Positions 8,205-16,995 of a stretch of 64,000 nt of DNA are shown piece by piece. Numbering within the stretch: position 1 is the first letter of the stretch; each line of letters starts with the position of its first letter. Source of the DNA: Acetobacteraceae bacterium (GTDB lineage: Bacteria; Pseudomonadota; Alphaproteobacteria; Acetobacterales; Acetobacteraceae). The stretch spans positions 60,496-124,495 of the forward strand of contig CBDDMJ010000009.1 of assembly GCA_965231175.1 (NCBI GenBank). The letters run 5' to 3'. Both the position numbers and the translations under genes were made by a program. The notes below the pieces were generated by a model. The model made no database searches, was not told the DNA's origin, and was given only the letters and a program-made list of their open reading frames with translations.

Positions 8205-10016
8205 TCAACCTTCGACGCCGGACGTCATTTCATGGCGTGCCTCTGCCGGGCGGGGCTTAAGCGAAACGTTTCCACTCCTGACGAAATCGTGAAACAGCGC
8301 GCAACGGACGTTGAGCGTCTCGAAGCTGCCGACATCGACAACCCGGCCGGCTATCATGAATATGACTTCATCGAACAGCGGCAGCAAATGCATGCGGTGC
8401 AAAGCCACGATCATGGTATTGCCGGTGAAGCCTGCCAGCAGACCGTGCATGACCCGCGTTTCGGTATCCGGATCCAGATTGCTGGTCGGTTCATCCAGAA
8501 GGACCAGGCTGCTATCCATCGCGGCGGCGACGCCCCGCGCCAGGGCGATACGCTGCCGCTGGCCGCCCGACCAGTTCGCGCCGCTTTCGTTCACGCGCGT
8601 TGTCATTCCCTTTGGCAGTTCGGAAATGAATTCCGTGGCGCATACGATCGCCATCGCCAGATCAATTTGTGCTTCCGGCAGGGAGGCGCCGAGCGTCAAA
8701 TTCTCAGCCACCGTACCGATAAATAATTCCGCTTCCTGCGGTATCAAAGTCGCTTCCCGCCGCAGATCCGTAGACTCCGCGATGCGTTCGTCGAGGCAGA
8801 TTTGTCCCGTACTCGCAATTTCCAATCCCGACAGCAAGCGCAGCAGGCTGCTCTTTCCAGCACCGCTGGGGCCGACCAGCGCATAACGCTTGCCGCGCTT
8901 CAGCGTTAAATCAACGGAATTCAGGCTGAATTCGTTTTGTTCGCCATTGAAATAACGGTAGCTGAGGTCGCGCAGCTGAAGTTCCCGCCAGTTGGTTGGT
9001 GCGATCTCAGAGACCTGGCTGGATTGCGGGGCTTGCAGGATGAATCGGGAAGAGGCAAAGCCTGCCTGGTATTCCGCAAGCATCGCGAAATTGTTGGCAA
9101 TTACGCTCATGACACCTTCGGTACGTCTGGTATATTCATAAACCATGTAAAGACTGCCCAGCGCCAGGGCGTGTGCACCGCCGCGCAAAGCCAGCATGGC
9201 ATACATTGCCAACAGCAGGCACCAGACCGCAGTGCTGGATATCGAGATACTCACCCATTTTGCCTCGTTGATCCAGGCAAAGCGGCGTAACGGCACCAGC
9301 AGCTCGTTCAGGCGCCTTTGGATCAGCACTCTTACGCCCTGGTAGCGGCGCAATGCGTAAATGGTGAACAGATTCGCAAACGTATCAGTCCAGGCAACGC
9401 TGGCATTTCGTTCCGCCTGGTTGCGCTGGGTCGACAGGTTTATCAAAATCCGGTCGAAGCCCATGCTGATGAGGCTGATCGAGGAGAAACCGAATATGGC
9501 CGCCACACCGACCCAGGGAGAGATGAAGCATAAGGCGGCTATCGGCCCGATCAGACGCACAAAATTTTCAAGATAAATATACTGGCTTTCGGAAAACTGA
9601 TGCAGCGCGTTCGTGCTTTGGATGACACGCTGTGTGGTATCCGCGGAATGCTGGGTGCGGTGCCAAACAAGCGGTGCCAGTAAAAGACGACGCAACAGTT
9701 CCATTGTGAACGCTGTCCGTATTTTCAACGCCACGTTGCGCTCTAAAATCCGGCCGGACAGATGCAGCGCCCAGCTTGCCACGGTGGTCAGAAATACCAG
9801 CCCGAGGTCGCGCCCGGCTTCGGCAATGCCGGGGCTGCCATGGTGCTGAATGGCATTCAAAGCGTGTCCTACAAACCAGGGTACTGCCAGTAAGAGCATC
9901 TCCGCGACCAATAGCAGGCCGAAGGCGCCGATCATTTTGATCCGGCTGCCGGAGGCATAATGCCACAGCCCGAAATATAAGGCGCCGAACTGGCCGAACA
10001 GAGAGCGAATGTTCAT
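8205..10016 (-). CDS. ABC exporter, fused TMD-NBD half-transporter
   Basis: The start was chosen at MNIRSLFGQ... (ATG 10016-10014). It has 6 predicted TM helices, then Walker A GPSGAGKSS, signature WSGGQRQR and Walker B LVLLDEPTS. Its ATG overlaps the TGA of the upstream chitin-synthase-like gene (ATGA). Confidence 0.85.
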   Translation of the reverse strand: MNIRSLFGQFGALYFGLWHYASGSRIKMIGAFGLLLVAEMLLLAVPWFVGHALNAIQHHGSPGIAEAGRDLGLVFLTTVASWALHLSGRILERNVALKIRTAFTMELLRRLLLAPLVWHRTQHSADTTQRVIQSTNALHQFSESQYIYLENFVRLIGPIAALCFISPWVGVAAIFGFSSISLISMGFDRILINLSTQRNQAERNASVAWTDTFANLFTIYALRRYQGVRVLIQRRLNELLVPLRRFAWINEAKWVSISISSTAVWCLLLAMYAMLALRGGAHALALGSLYMVYEYTRRTEGVMSVIANNFAMLAEYQAGFASSRFILQAPQSSQVSEIAPTNWRELQLRDLSYRYFNGEQNEFSLNSVDLTLKRGKRYALVGPSGAGKSSLLRLLSGLEIASTGQICLDERIAESTDLRREATLIPQEAELFIGTVAENLTLGASLPEAQIDLAMAIVCATEFISELPKGMTTRVNESGANWSGGQRQRIALARGVAAAMDSSLVLLDEPTSNLDPDTETRVMHGLLAGFTGNTMIVALHRMHLLPLFDEVIFMIAGRVVDVGSFETLNVRCALFHDFVRSGNVSLKPRPAEARHEMTSGVEG

Positions 10017-11851
10017 ACCGTTACTTTGCAAATCATGAGTGTGAACAACAGCGATAGTCCGGACAATTCCGCCAGCGGGCTTAGACCGTGAACGAAAATC
10101 CCCGGCAATGACAATCCGATCCCGACGGCACAGAGGTTCAACACCAGCCAGCCGGCGAAGAACAAATCCCGCCAATTGCGAAGTTTCCTGAATTCAAGCA
10201 TGCCGAGATTACTGTCCCTCTGGCCTTTGGTACCCCAGCTGAGATCGTGAAACTTGAAGACGGAATAAGTAACCAGCAACGTTTGAATGATCGGATTGAC
10301 GAACCAGGAATATTCGAAAAAACGCCTCAGGATCAGCCATCTGTGCTTATAATCCGTGAGCGCGGTTTTGAATGCCGCCAACGCAATCGGCAACATTAAA
10401 ATCATCGGCGCGCGCCATGAAAAACCGGTGGCCAGCGCCATTGTTATCGATACGAAGGCGCAGGCGGACGCAATATCACGGCAGACCGGATAAATTCGCT
10501 TGGTGGATTTGGGGGCTTTGTAGGGGGTGTAAGAAATCAGGATCGCCGCCGCGGCAATGGAAATCAAGGTTGTTGCCTCGACAAGCGGACCGGAACGCTG
10601 GATTGCCAACCAAACGCAGACCCATGTGCAAATGGTAACGGCCGGCGTGATGAATTGCAGAATGATGGTGAGAAGCTGCCAGAGCATTGCCAAAGTAAAA
10701 TGCAGCTTGCGAGTTCTTGAACGATCGGCGCGGGTTAGCTGATCCGGCAATTTGCCGAGCATCCAAAGCCGGCAAGCGGTCGTACTGTTGATCCACCGCC
10801 TGCGCTGCTGCAACAACTCGGACATGGAGCGGCAAGCGTCCGTGACCGCATGGGCGTCCGCACAAAGGTCCAATTTCCAGTCGCGATTGCCGGCAAATAC
10901 GATTTCATTGCCCAGAACGCGATCCTCAGCCAAAAACATCAATCTTTCGAGATGCGTGCTGGGATTCGTGCCCCGGAGGTAGCGCTCTACCGGGCTGCCG
11001 AGATCCTTGGATCCGGGCCTCGCCTCACTTGTGAGGGCCAGCCATCGCGTGCCGGAGAACTGGCCGGGAAGCACGCTTAAATGACCGCAGGCCAATTCAG
11101 CCGGCAACGAATAGGCGGCCTGCGTCGCGAAGTCAAAAAATTGCCATGCGTGCAGAATTTGATTTCTGGATCTGGCTGCCGGCAACTTCACGCGGGAGGC
11201 CAGCGCACCGACATTTGGCTGTAATTCCATATGATGCACCATATAGCGCATAGCATGCATGTGGATTTTCGTTCCGGTATCAAGCTGATAGCAAAAATTA
11301 GGATTTAGTTTCGTACAGAGATGCCCGAAGAATAAACCATGGCTGTCGAGCTTGCCGCGATTTTCAGGCTTGACGCAGACCACAAAATTAACCAGTGCCG
11401 CGTGTTCCGCCATCATCTGCGGGCGCGTTCCCATCGCATCCAGCAATGCCCCCGCATCAAGGGATGAGAAGTGGAGGTCCCGATTAGGAAGTGAGGAATT
11501 TTCTGTTGAAAACAACTGGTTTTCAACAAGAAACCGCATGATCGAGGCGGATAGCTTTTCGGCGCCATCGGCCAAAATACAGACGCAGGAATTGGCGCGT
11601 TCGAGGGCTGGACGTTCGGTCGCAAAATCCAGCAGGCTGATCAATAAGGCAGATAATGTTGCAAGGAATGCCTCGACCGGCTCATTATACAAAGTTATGC
11701 AGATCAGATTTGTCGGCGACAAATAATTGTCCAGAGATGTTCTGCCAGCATAATCAAGATAATGATACGTGAAGCCTTCGTTCTCTTCAGTAATGCTGGC
11801 CCATTCGGCATCAATCGTAATTGCTTTACGCAACTTGAAATCAGCGCCCAT
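10013..11851 (-). CDS. eukaryote/fungal-type chitin synthase-like GT2 glycosyltransferase
   Basis: 612 aa with ICITLYNEP, CILADGAEK, YQLDTGTK, QFFDF..HLSVLPGQFSGTRW, FLAEDRVLGNE and QQRRRWINS. C-terminal TM helices and DLSWGTKG follow. GGGAG lies 6 nt upstream of the ATG at 11851. Confidence 0.8.
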   Translation of the reverse strand: MGADFKLRKAITIDAEWASITEENEGFTYHYLDYAGRTSLDNYLSPTNLICITLYNEPVEAFLATLSALLISLLDFATERPALERANSCVCILADGAEKLSASIMRFLVENQLFSTENSSLPNRDLHFSSLDAGALLDAMGTRPQMMAEHAALVNFVVCVKPENRGKLDSHGLFFGHLCTKLNPNFCYQLDTGTKIHMHAMRYMVHHMELQPNVGALASRVKLPAARSRNQILHAWQFFDFATQAAYSLPAELACGHLSVLPGQFSGTRWLALTSEARPGSKDLGSPVERYLRGTNPSTHLERLMFLAEDRVLGNEIVFAGNRDWKLDLCADAHAVTDACRSMSELLQQRRRWINSTTACRLWMLGKLPDQLTRADRSRTRKLHFTLAMLWQLLTIILQFITPAVTICTWVCVWLAIQRSGPLVEATTLISIAAAAILISYTPYKAPKSTKRIYPVCRDIASACAFVSITMALATGFSWRAPMILMLPIALAAFKTALTDYKHRWLILRRFFEYSWFVNPIIQTLLVTYSVFKFHDLSWGTKGQRDSNLGMLEFRKLRNWRDLFFAGWLVLNLCAVGIGLSLPGIFVHGLSPLAELSGLSLLFTLMICKVTV

Positions 11852-12283
11852 GCAAGCTCCCGTTACTGGATGAAGGACGAAAATTCATTAAGAAAACGGG
11901 CCTTGCACGAATGGATTTTGCAACCGGGCGGTTGATAATGCCCCTGGTTGGGTTTGCGAGAAACCGCTGTTAAGACACTTAGAAACGATATCCATTGCTC
12001 CTGAGTAATCAAGCGAAGTAGGACGAAAAAACCACACAACACAAGCGTTTTTTGCCTTAAATAATTTTAAACCATACATTTAATATTTGTAACCCGCGTT
12101 TTTCGTTTGGTATTCTGTCTTAGAAATAAAGACTTATCACTCTCATTTGATTTCAAGTCTCTGTTAGGGCTCGATGGCATTTAGAAGCATTATTTTTGGT
12201 TTTTTAATGTTATCGGGTTGATGCAGGAAATTATTCCGAGGTCATGACTTGCATCCCATACACAAAACAACAAAAAGGGATCG
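11852..12283. promoter_or_regulatory. AT-rich divergent intergenic/promoter region between the chitin-synthase operon and the acyltransferase gene
   Basis: This 432-bp non-coding gap is the most AT-rich stretch of the window, with runs such as TTTAATATTTGTAA and TTATTTTTGGTTTTTTAATG. It lies between divergently oriented genes. No specific promoter boxes were assigned. Confidence 0.35.
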
Positions 12284-13429
12284 ATGTTAGGGCCAAGCAG
12301 TCTCAAGGAACACAGTGTAAACAGGGATATCGAGACCCTGCGCGGGGTCGCCATCCTGTTTGTCCTTTTTCATCATTTCGGATTTCTGATCATAGGCATG
12401 CCTGCATATAAAATATTCAAAAGCGATTTTGGCTTGTGGAGCGGCGTGGATCTGTTTTTCTGTATTTCAGGGTTCATTATTTCCAAGAACTATTATGAAA
12501 ATTTTGCGCGAGCCGGAAAAAGCAGTCTATTTGCTGTGACCGCGGCTTTTTGGATCAAGCGCATTTTCAGGCTTTGGCCGTCTGCCTGGCTGTGGCTTGC
12601 CCTGATGGTTTGGCAGTTTACCGTACTCGGACTGGCACCTTTCTGGAACAATTTTTCAGATACGGCGGCTGCAGTGCTCGAGGTCGCCAATTTTCACTGG
12701 TGGATGTGCGCCAACGGGCAAAGCCAATGCGGGCAAATCTCGCATTACTGGAGCTTATCGTTGGAGGAGCAATTTTACCTGTTGTTCCCGCTGCTGTTTC
12801 TCCTGCCCCGCCAGCTGCATCTATGGTTGTTTCTTGGTATTGCCGCCATTCAAATTCCCATCCCAAGGGCACCATGGCAAGATATTCTATGGTTCACGCG
12901 GACCGACGCTATTTCTCTGGGCGTATGCATATATCTGCTGTCGCGGTCGCAGGCCTATCAGCAGATGCGACCGATTTTTCTACGCAATAAGGTTGCGGCT
13001 GCGGTCATAAGTGTTGGATTGGCGGTTCTGCTGGCCGCATTTGCAGAACCGCAAGGATTTCCGCAACGGGCGATCGTGCCATTTGCCACCGGTATGGTGG
13101 CGATCATTTCAGCTTTGTTTGTTCTCCTCGCTTCTTATGATGGTGACTGGCTTTTCAACCTGCCGGTATTGCGTCCCATCCTTCTTTGGATCGGCGCGCG
13201 CTCCTATGCGATCTATTTGATTCAAGTTTTTGCCTACCAGGCTGGACAATACCTTGTTTCCAAAAGCTGGGCGGTTCGCCTGGTGCCGGCTGGCTGGCTG
13301 CCGGTCGCGACCGCCATACTGACCTTTGGTCTGTTAGGAATTCTGGCAGAATTAAATTATCGATTGCTGGAAAGGCCTTTGCGAAAGCAAGGCGCGGTTT
13401 TCGCTTCCCGAATGATGCTTAGAGTCTAA
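12284..13429 (+). CDS. acyltransferase family 3 (OafA/NolL/NodX/ExoZ-type integral-membrane O-acyltransferase)
   Basis: 381 aa and polytopic. It has the N-terminal family signature RDIETLRGVAILFVLFHH. Confidence 0.8.
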   Translation: MLGPSSLKEHSVNRDIETLRGVAILFVLFHHFGFLIIGMPAYKIFKSDFGLWSGVDLFFCISGFIISKNYYENFARAGKSSLFAVTAAFWIKRIFRLWPSAWLWLALMVWQFTVLGLAPFWNNFSDTAAAVLEVANFHWWMCANGQSQCGQISHYWSLSLEEQFYLLFPLLFLLPRQLHLWLFLGIAAIQIPIPRAPWQDILWFTRTDAISLGVCIYLLSRSQAYQQMRPIFLRNKVAAAVISVGLAVLLAAFAEPQGFPQRAIVPFATGMVAIISALFVLLASYDGDWLFNLPVLRPILLWIGARSYAIYLIQVFAYQAGQYLVSKSWAVRLVPAGWLPVATAILTFGLLGILAELNYRLLERPLRKQGAVFASRMMLRV

Positions 13430-13432
13430 TCA

Positions 13433-13572
13433 AAGGAAGCAGCCGCTTTTTTGAAAAAAAGCGGCGCAAAAAACTTTTTTGAATCTGGAGCCGGGGCGTT
13501 TCAAACACCGATGACCCAGATTAACAAAAGTCTTTTTGCTGCTTTTTCTTCAGAAAAAGCAGTGCTTGCTTA
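13433..13572. repeat. MITE/REP-like element, copy E3 (short form)
   Basis: AAAGGAAGCA + GCCGCTTTTTT/AAAAAAAGCGGC hairpin + GCAAAAAACTTTT ... CCCAGATTAACAAAAGTCTTTTTG + CTGCTTTTTC/GAAAAAGCAG hairpin + TGCTTGCTTA. Confidence 0.8.
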
Positions 13573-14709
13573 CCTTAGCGCATCAATCCCGAGTTGGGCG
13601 AGGGTGGCCCAGGCGGTGGCGGAGAGGCAGGGGCGGCGGAAGTAGGAGAATTTGGTTTCGGGTTGGCCTGGTATGAGGCTGGGGCCGGTGGTCAGGCCGG
13701 TGGCGAGGGTTGGGGCGGCGGTAGCGTAGACGTAGCCGTTGGGGGCGGTGTTGGCGGCGATGGTTGAGGTGAAATTCGTGGCCAGGGGGTGCTGGGCGCG
13801 GTGCAGGGCCAGGGCTGCGAAGGCGGTGCCTTCCAGCCAGATGCCGTGGCTGGCGGCAGAAAAGCCGATGCCGTTGCCGTGCTGCAGTTTTTGGATGGCC
13901 GCCAGGGCCGAGGCGGCGGTGCCGATTCCGGCGAGGTAGGGCCAGATGCCGGCATCGGCGGCGAGCAACGGGTTGGCAGCGCCGCCGGGTGTGAGGCCGG
14001 CCTCGAAGACGCCGGTTCGACAGCGGCTGACAACGAAGGTTTTGGCGCTGGCGGCAGCGGGCAGGCGCAGTTTGGCGAAGGCGGCGTAGACATCGATATT
14101 CTGTTCGGTGCTTTGCCAGAGCTGTTTCAGAGGATGCGGTTCGAAGCCATAGAAGCCGCCGTAAAAACCTTGCGGGGCCGAGAGATTGGCGATGATCCAG
14201 TCTGCCGCGCGTTGCGCCGGGGCGGTTTGGCCAAGGGCGATCCACAGCAGCATGGCCCAGGCCAGCGGCCCGGTGGCGGTGCCGGCCTGGTAGGGGTCTT
14301 CGCGCCATTGGCTGGCTTGCCGGTCCCACCAGCCGGGCAGTCTGGCCGGCGTTGTCATGGCGCCAGCCTGATAGGCATTGCGCAGCCGCCCGTCGGTCCA
14401 GAAGCGGTCGTGGGTTTGCGCGATCTCCAGCGCGGCGCCGATGCGGCAGGCGGCGGTGGGCTCGCCGCCTGCCAGCAGGGCGAGGCCGGCGAGGGCATTG
14501 TCATAGACATAGGCGGCATTGGCCTGGGTGAGGTCGAAGTCGGTCGCTGCCGCACCGGTGTTGACGATGTAGCTCGGCAGCAGCACCGGGCCGGATGGCA
14601 GGGCGGCCATGGTGCGGCGGATGGCCCCCAGATAATCGGATGCCAATGCCGATGGCGCGGTGGCTGGCAGCAGCGCCAGGCCGGCGGTGAGCGTGCGGCG
14701 TGAGATCAC
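13570..14709 (-). CDS. secreted hypothetical protein (possibly an alpha/alpha-toroid fold)
   Basis: 379 aa with an N-terminal signal MISRRTLTAGLALLPATAPSALA. It is Ala/Gly/Trp-rich with repeated helical blocks. The family was not recognised. Confidence 0.55.
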   Translation of the reverse strand: MISRRTLTAGLALLPATAPSALASDYLGAIRRTMAALPSGPVLLPSYIVNTGAAATDFDLTQANAAYVYDNALAGLALLAGGEPTAACRIGAALEIAQTHDRFWTDGRLRNAYQAGAMTTPARLPGWWDRQASQWREDPYQAGTATGPLAWAMLLWIALGQTAPAQRAADWIIANLSAPQGFYGGFYGFEPHPLKQLWQSTEQNIDVYAAFAKLRLPAAASAKTFVVSRCRTGVFEAGLTPGGAANPLLAADAGIWPYLAGIGTAASALAAIQKLQHGNGIGFSAASHGIWLEGTAFAALALHRAQHPLATNFTSTIAANTAPNGYVYATAAPTLATGLTTGPSLIPGQPETKFSYFRRPCLSATAWATLAQLGIDALR

Positions 14710-15428
14710 CCCAGGACTTCGGCCAGGATCTCCGCGGTGCGGCCGTTGGCGATGGTGGCGGCGCGGGCGTCGTAATGCACGCCGTTCACCCGGGCGAAGG
14801 CGTGTTGAACGTTGGGGTAGATATGCGCCTCGATATTGGCATTGCCGGCAACGCCCTTGATGACCGCGGCTTGCGCCTCGGGTGAGCTGTACTCGTCATT
14901 GGCGGCCATATGCACCAGCAAAGGGGCGCCGACCTTGCCGACTTCCGGGACCAGCGCTTCCAGCCCGACGCCGTAATAAGAGACATTGACATCGGCATCG
15001 GCGCGCGTTGCCATCATGAAGGCGAGGCGGCCGCCCAGGCAGAAGCCGAGCGTGCCGGCCTTGCCGTTGCCGCCGGGGTATTTGCGCGCCGCCGCCAGCG
15101 CCACCTGCAGATCCGCGATGCCCCGGTCCTGGTCGAAGCCGTCCATCAGCGCGCTGGCCTGCTGCCATTCGGCTGCGGATTTGTCGGTGATGTCGACACC
15201 TGGCTGCTGGCGCCAGAACAGGTCCGGCGCGATGGCGATAAAGCCCATTGCCGCCAGTTCATGACAGGTGGCACGGATCGCCTCGTTGATGCCGAAAATC
15301 TCCTGGATCACCACCACGGCGCCGAACAATTTGCTGCTGTGCGCCGGTGCTGCCACATAGGCCGAAAATGTGCCGGTGCCGTCTGCCGCCGCTAGCGTGA
15401 TCTCAGTCATCCAGGCATCCTTCCGCAT
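14706..15428 (-). CDS. dienelactone hydrolase family protein
   Basis: 240 aa with VVVIQEIFGIN and the nucleophile elbow GFCLGGRLAF. It overlaps the downstream gene by 4 nt. The start could be the internal MTEITL. Confidence 0.85.
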   Translation of the reverse strand: MRKDAWMTEITLAAADGTGTFSAYVAAPAHSSKLFGAVVVIQEIFGINEAIRATCHELAAMGFIAIAPDLFWRQQPGVDITDKSAAEWQQASALMDGFDQDRGIADLQVALAAARKYPGGNGKAGTLGFCLGGRLAFMMATRADADVNVSYYGVGLEALVPEVGKVGAPLLVHMAANDEYSSPEAQAAVIKGVAGNANIEAHIYPNVQHAFARVNGVHYDARAATIANGRTAEILAEVLG

Positions 15429-15483
15429 TTCGGTGCGCTCACCAATCCACCGCTATCCACCTTACAGCCTACCGCATCCGGAT

Positions 15484-16611
15484 TTACAGATAGTGTTCGG
15501 TGAGCGGTGGAAACCCATTAAAATTTTGTGACGCATAGCTGGTGACATAGGCCCCGGTGTCGTGGATCAGCACCTGGTCTCCCGCGGTGAGCGCCAGCGG
15601 CAGGCGGTACGGGGTTTTTTCATACATCACATCGACGCCGTCACAGCTCGGCCCGGCCAGCACCACCGGGCCGCTAGGGCCTGACCCAGCGGTGATCCGG
15701 TAGCGGATCGCCTCGCCCTCGGTTTCCGCGAGGCCGCCGTAGCGGCCAATATCAAGATATACCCAGCGCCGCTCATCGGCCGGGTTGCGCTGGCATACCA
15801 GCACCGTCTCGGCCACCACCACGCCGGCATCGGCCACCATGGCGCGCCCAGGCTCGATCAGCATTTCCGGCAGGTCGTTGCCGAACTGCGCCAGCATGGC
15901 GTTCATGATGGCGGCGCCGAACTCATCGGCCGGCGGGATATCCTCCTGATAGCGGACCGGGAAGCCGCCGCCGAGATTGAGCATTTTCAAGCACAGGCCC
16001 TGGGCTTTGAGATCGGTAAACAGCATCGCCACCTGGGCGATCGCCAGCTCATAGGCCGCGGTGCCGGTCTGCTGGCTGCCGACGTGAAAGGAGATGCCGT
16101 GCGGGACCAGGCCAAGCCCCTGCACGTCCAGCATCAGCTCGCGCGCGCGCGCGATGGTGGTGCCGAATTTTTTGGACAGCGGCCATTCCGCGCCGAGATT
16201 GCTGACCTCGACCCGGCAATACACTTTGGCGCCCGGCGCGTGGGTGGCGATCTTGCGCAGCTCCTCGATCGAATCGAAGGCGAACAAGGCGACACCCTGG
16301 GCATGGGCGGCGGCGATGGCGGCGGGCTTCTTCACGGTATTGCCGAAGCTGATATCCGCAGGCCGCGCCCCCGCACCGAGACATTGCAAGACTTCCTGGA
16401 TGCTGGCGGCATCGAAGCAGGAGCCGAGCCCGGCCAGCAGGCCGAGGATGGGCGCTGCCGGATTGGCCTTGACCGCGTAATAAATGCGCGCCGCCGGCAG
16501 TGCTGCGCGCAAGGCGGCGTAATTTTCCGCCACGCGGTCCAGATCCATCACCAGACACGGTGTGGCGAGTGCCGCCGAAGACAAAAACGATGCGACCTTA
16601 GGGGTCATCAT
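15484..16611 (-). CDS. type III PLP-dependent ornithine/lysine decarboxylase family enzyme
   Basis: 375 aa with YYAVKANP (PLP lysine block), GGGFPV and a GPSCDG-like block. Confidence 0.85.
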   Translation of the reverse strand: MMTPKVASFLSSAALATPCLVMDLDRVAENYAALRAALPAARIYYAVKANPAAPILGLLAGLGSCFDAASIQEVLQCLGAGARPADISFGNTVKKPAAIAAAHAQGVALFAFDSIEELRKIATHAPGAKVYCRVEVSNLGAEWPLSKKFGTTIARARELMLDVQGLGLVPHGISFHVGSQQTGTAAYELAIAQVAMLFTDLKAQGLCLKMLNLGGGFPVRYQEDIPPADEFGAAIMNAMLAQFGNDLPEMLIEPGRAMVADAGVVVAETVLVCQRNPADERRWVYLDIGRYGGLAETEGEAIRYRITAGSGPSGPVVLAGPSCDGVDVMYEKTPYRLPLALTAGDQVLIHDTGAYVTSYASQNFNGFPPLTEHYL

Positions 16612-16845
16612 ACCAGCCTCTCAGATGAAGCCGCCGGAAACAGCCGGCAGGCAAAAGGTTACAAAACGGTCCAACGAACCAGCCACCGGAATGTCGCCAC
16701 CCCAATGCTGCCAGAACGCTTGACGTCGTTACGTAACCACGAGACTTCAAATGAGGCCGTGGCAGAGGCACGTGCGTTGCTGCGTGCGCTGGAATTACGG
16801 GCCACAACGGTAGAACGCAAGTGAATTTTGCGATTGGGTGGGGGG

Positions 16846-16995
16846 GAAGAAAGCAAGCAGTTCTTTTTTGAAAAAAAGAACCAAAAAACTTTTGCCATGC
16901 TGGACCATAGGCGTTTGCCTGACAGCGCCCAGGCCCAGACTCATAAAGTTTTTTTGCTTCTTTTTGTTCACAAAAAGAAGATACTTGCTTTGCTT
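16846..16995. repeat. MITE/REP-like element, copy E4 (short form)
   Basis: GAAGAAAGCAAGCA + GTTCTTTTTT/AAAAAAGAAC hairpin + CAAAAAACTTTT ... GGCCCAGACTCATAAAGTTTTTTTG + CTTCTTTTTGT/ACAAAAAGAAG hairpin. Confidence 0.8.
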
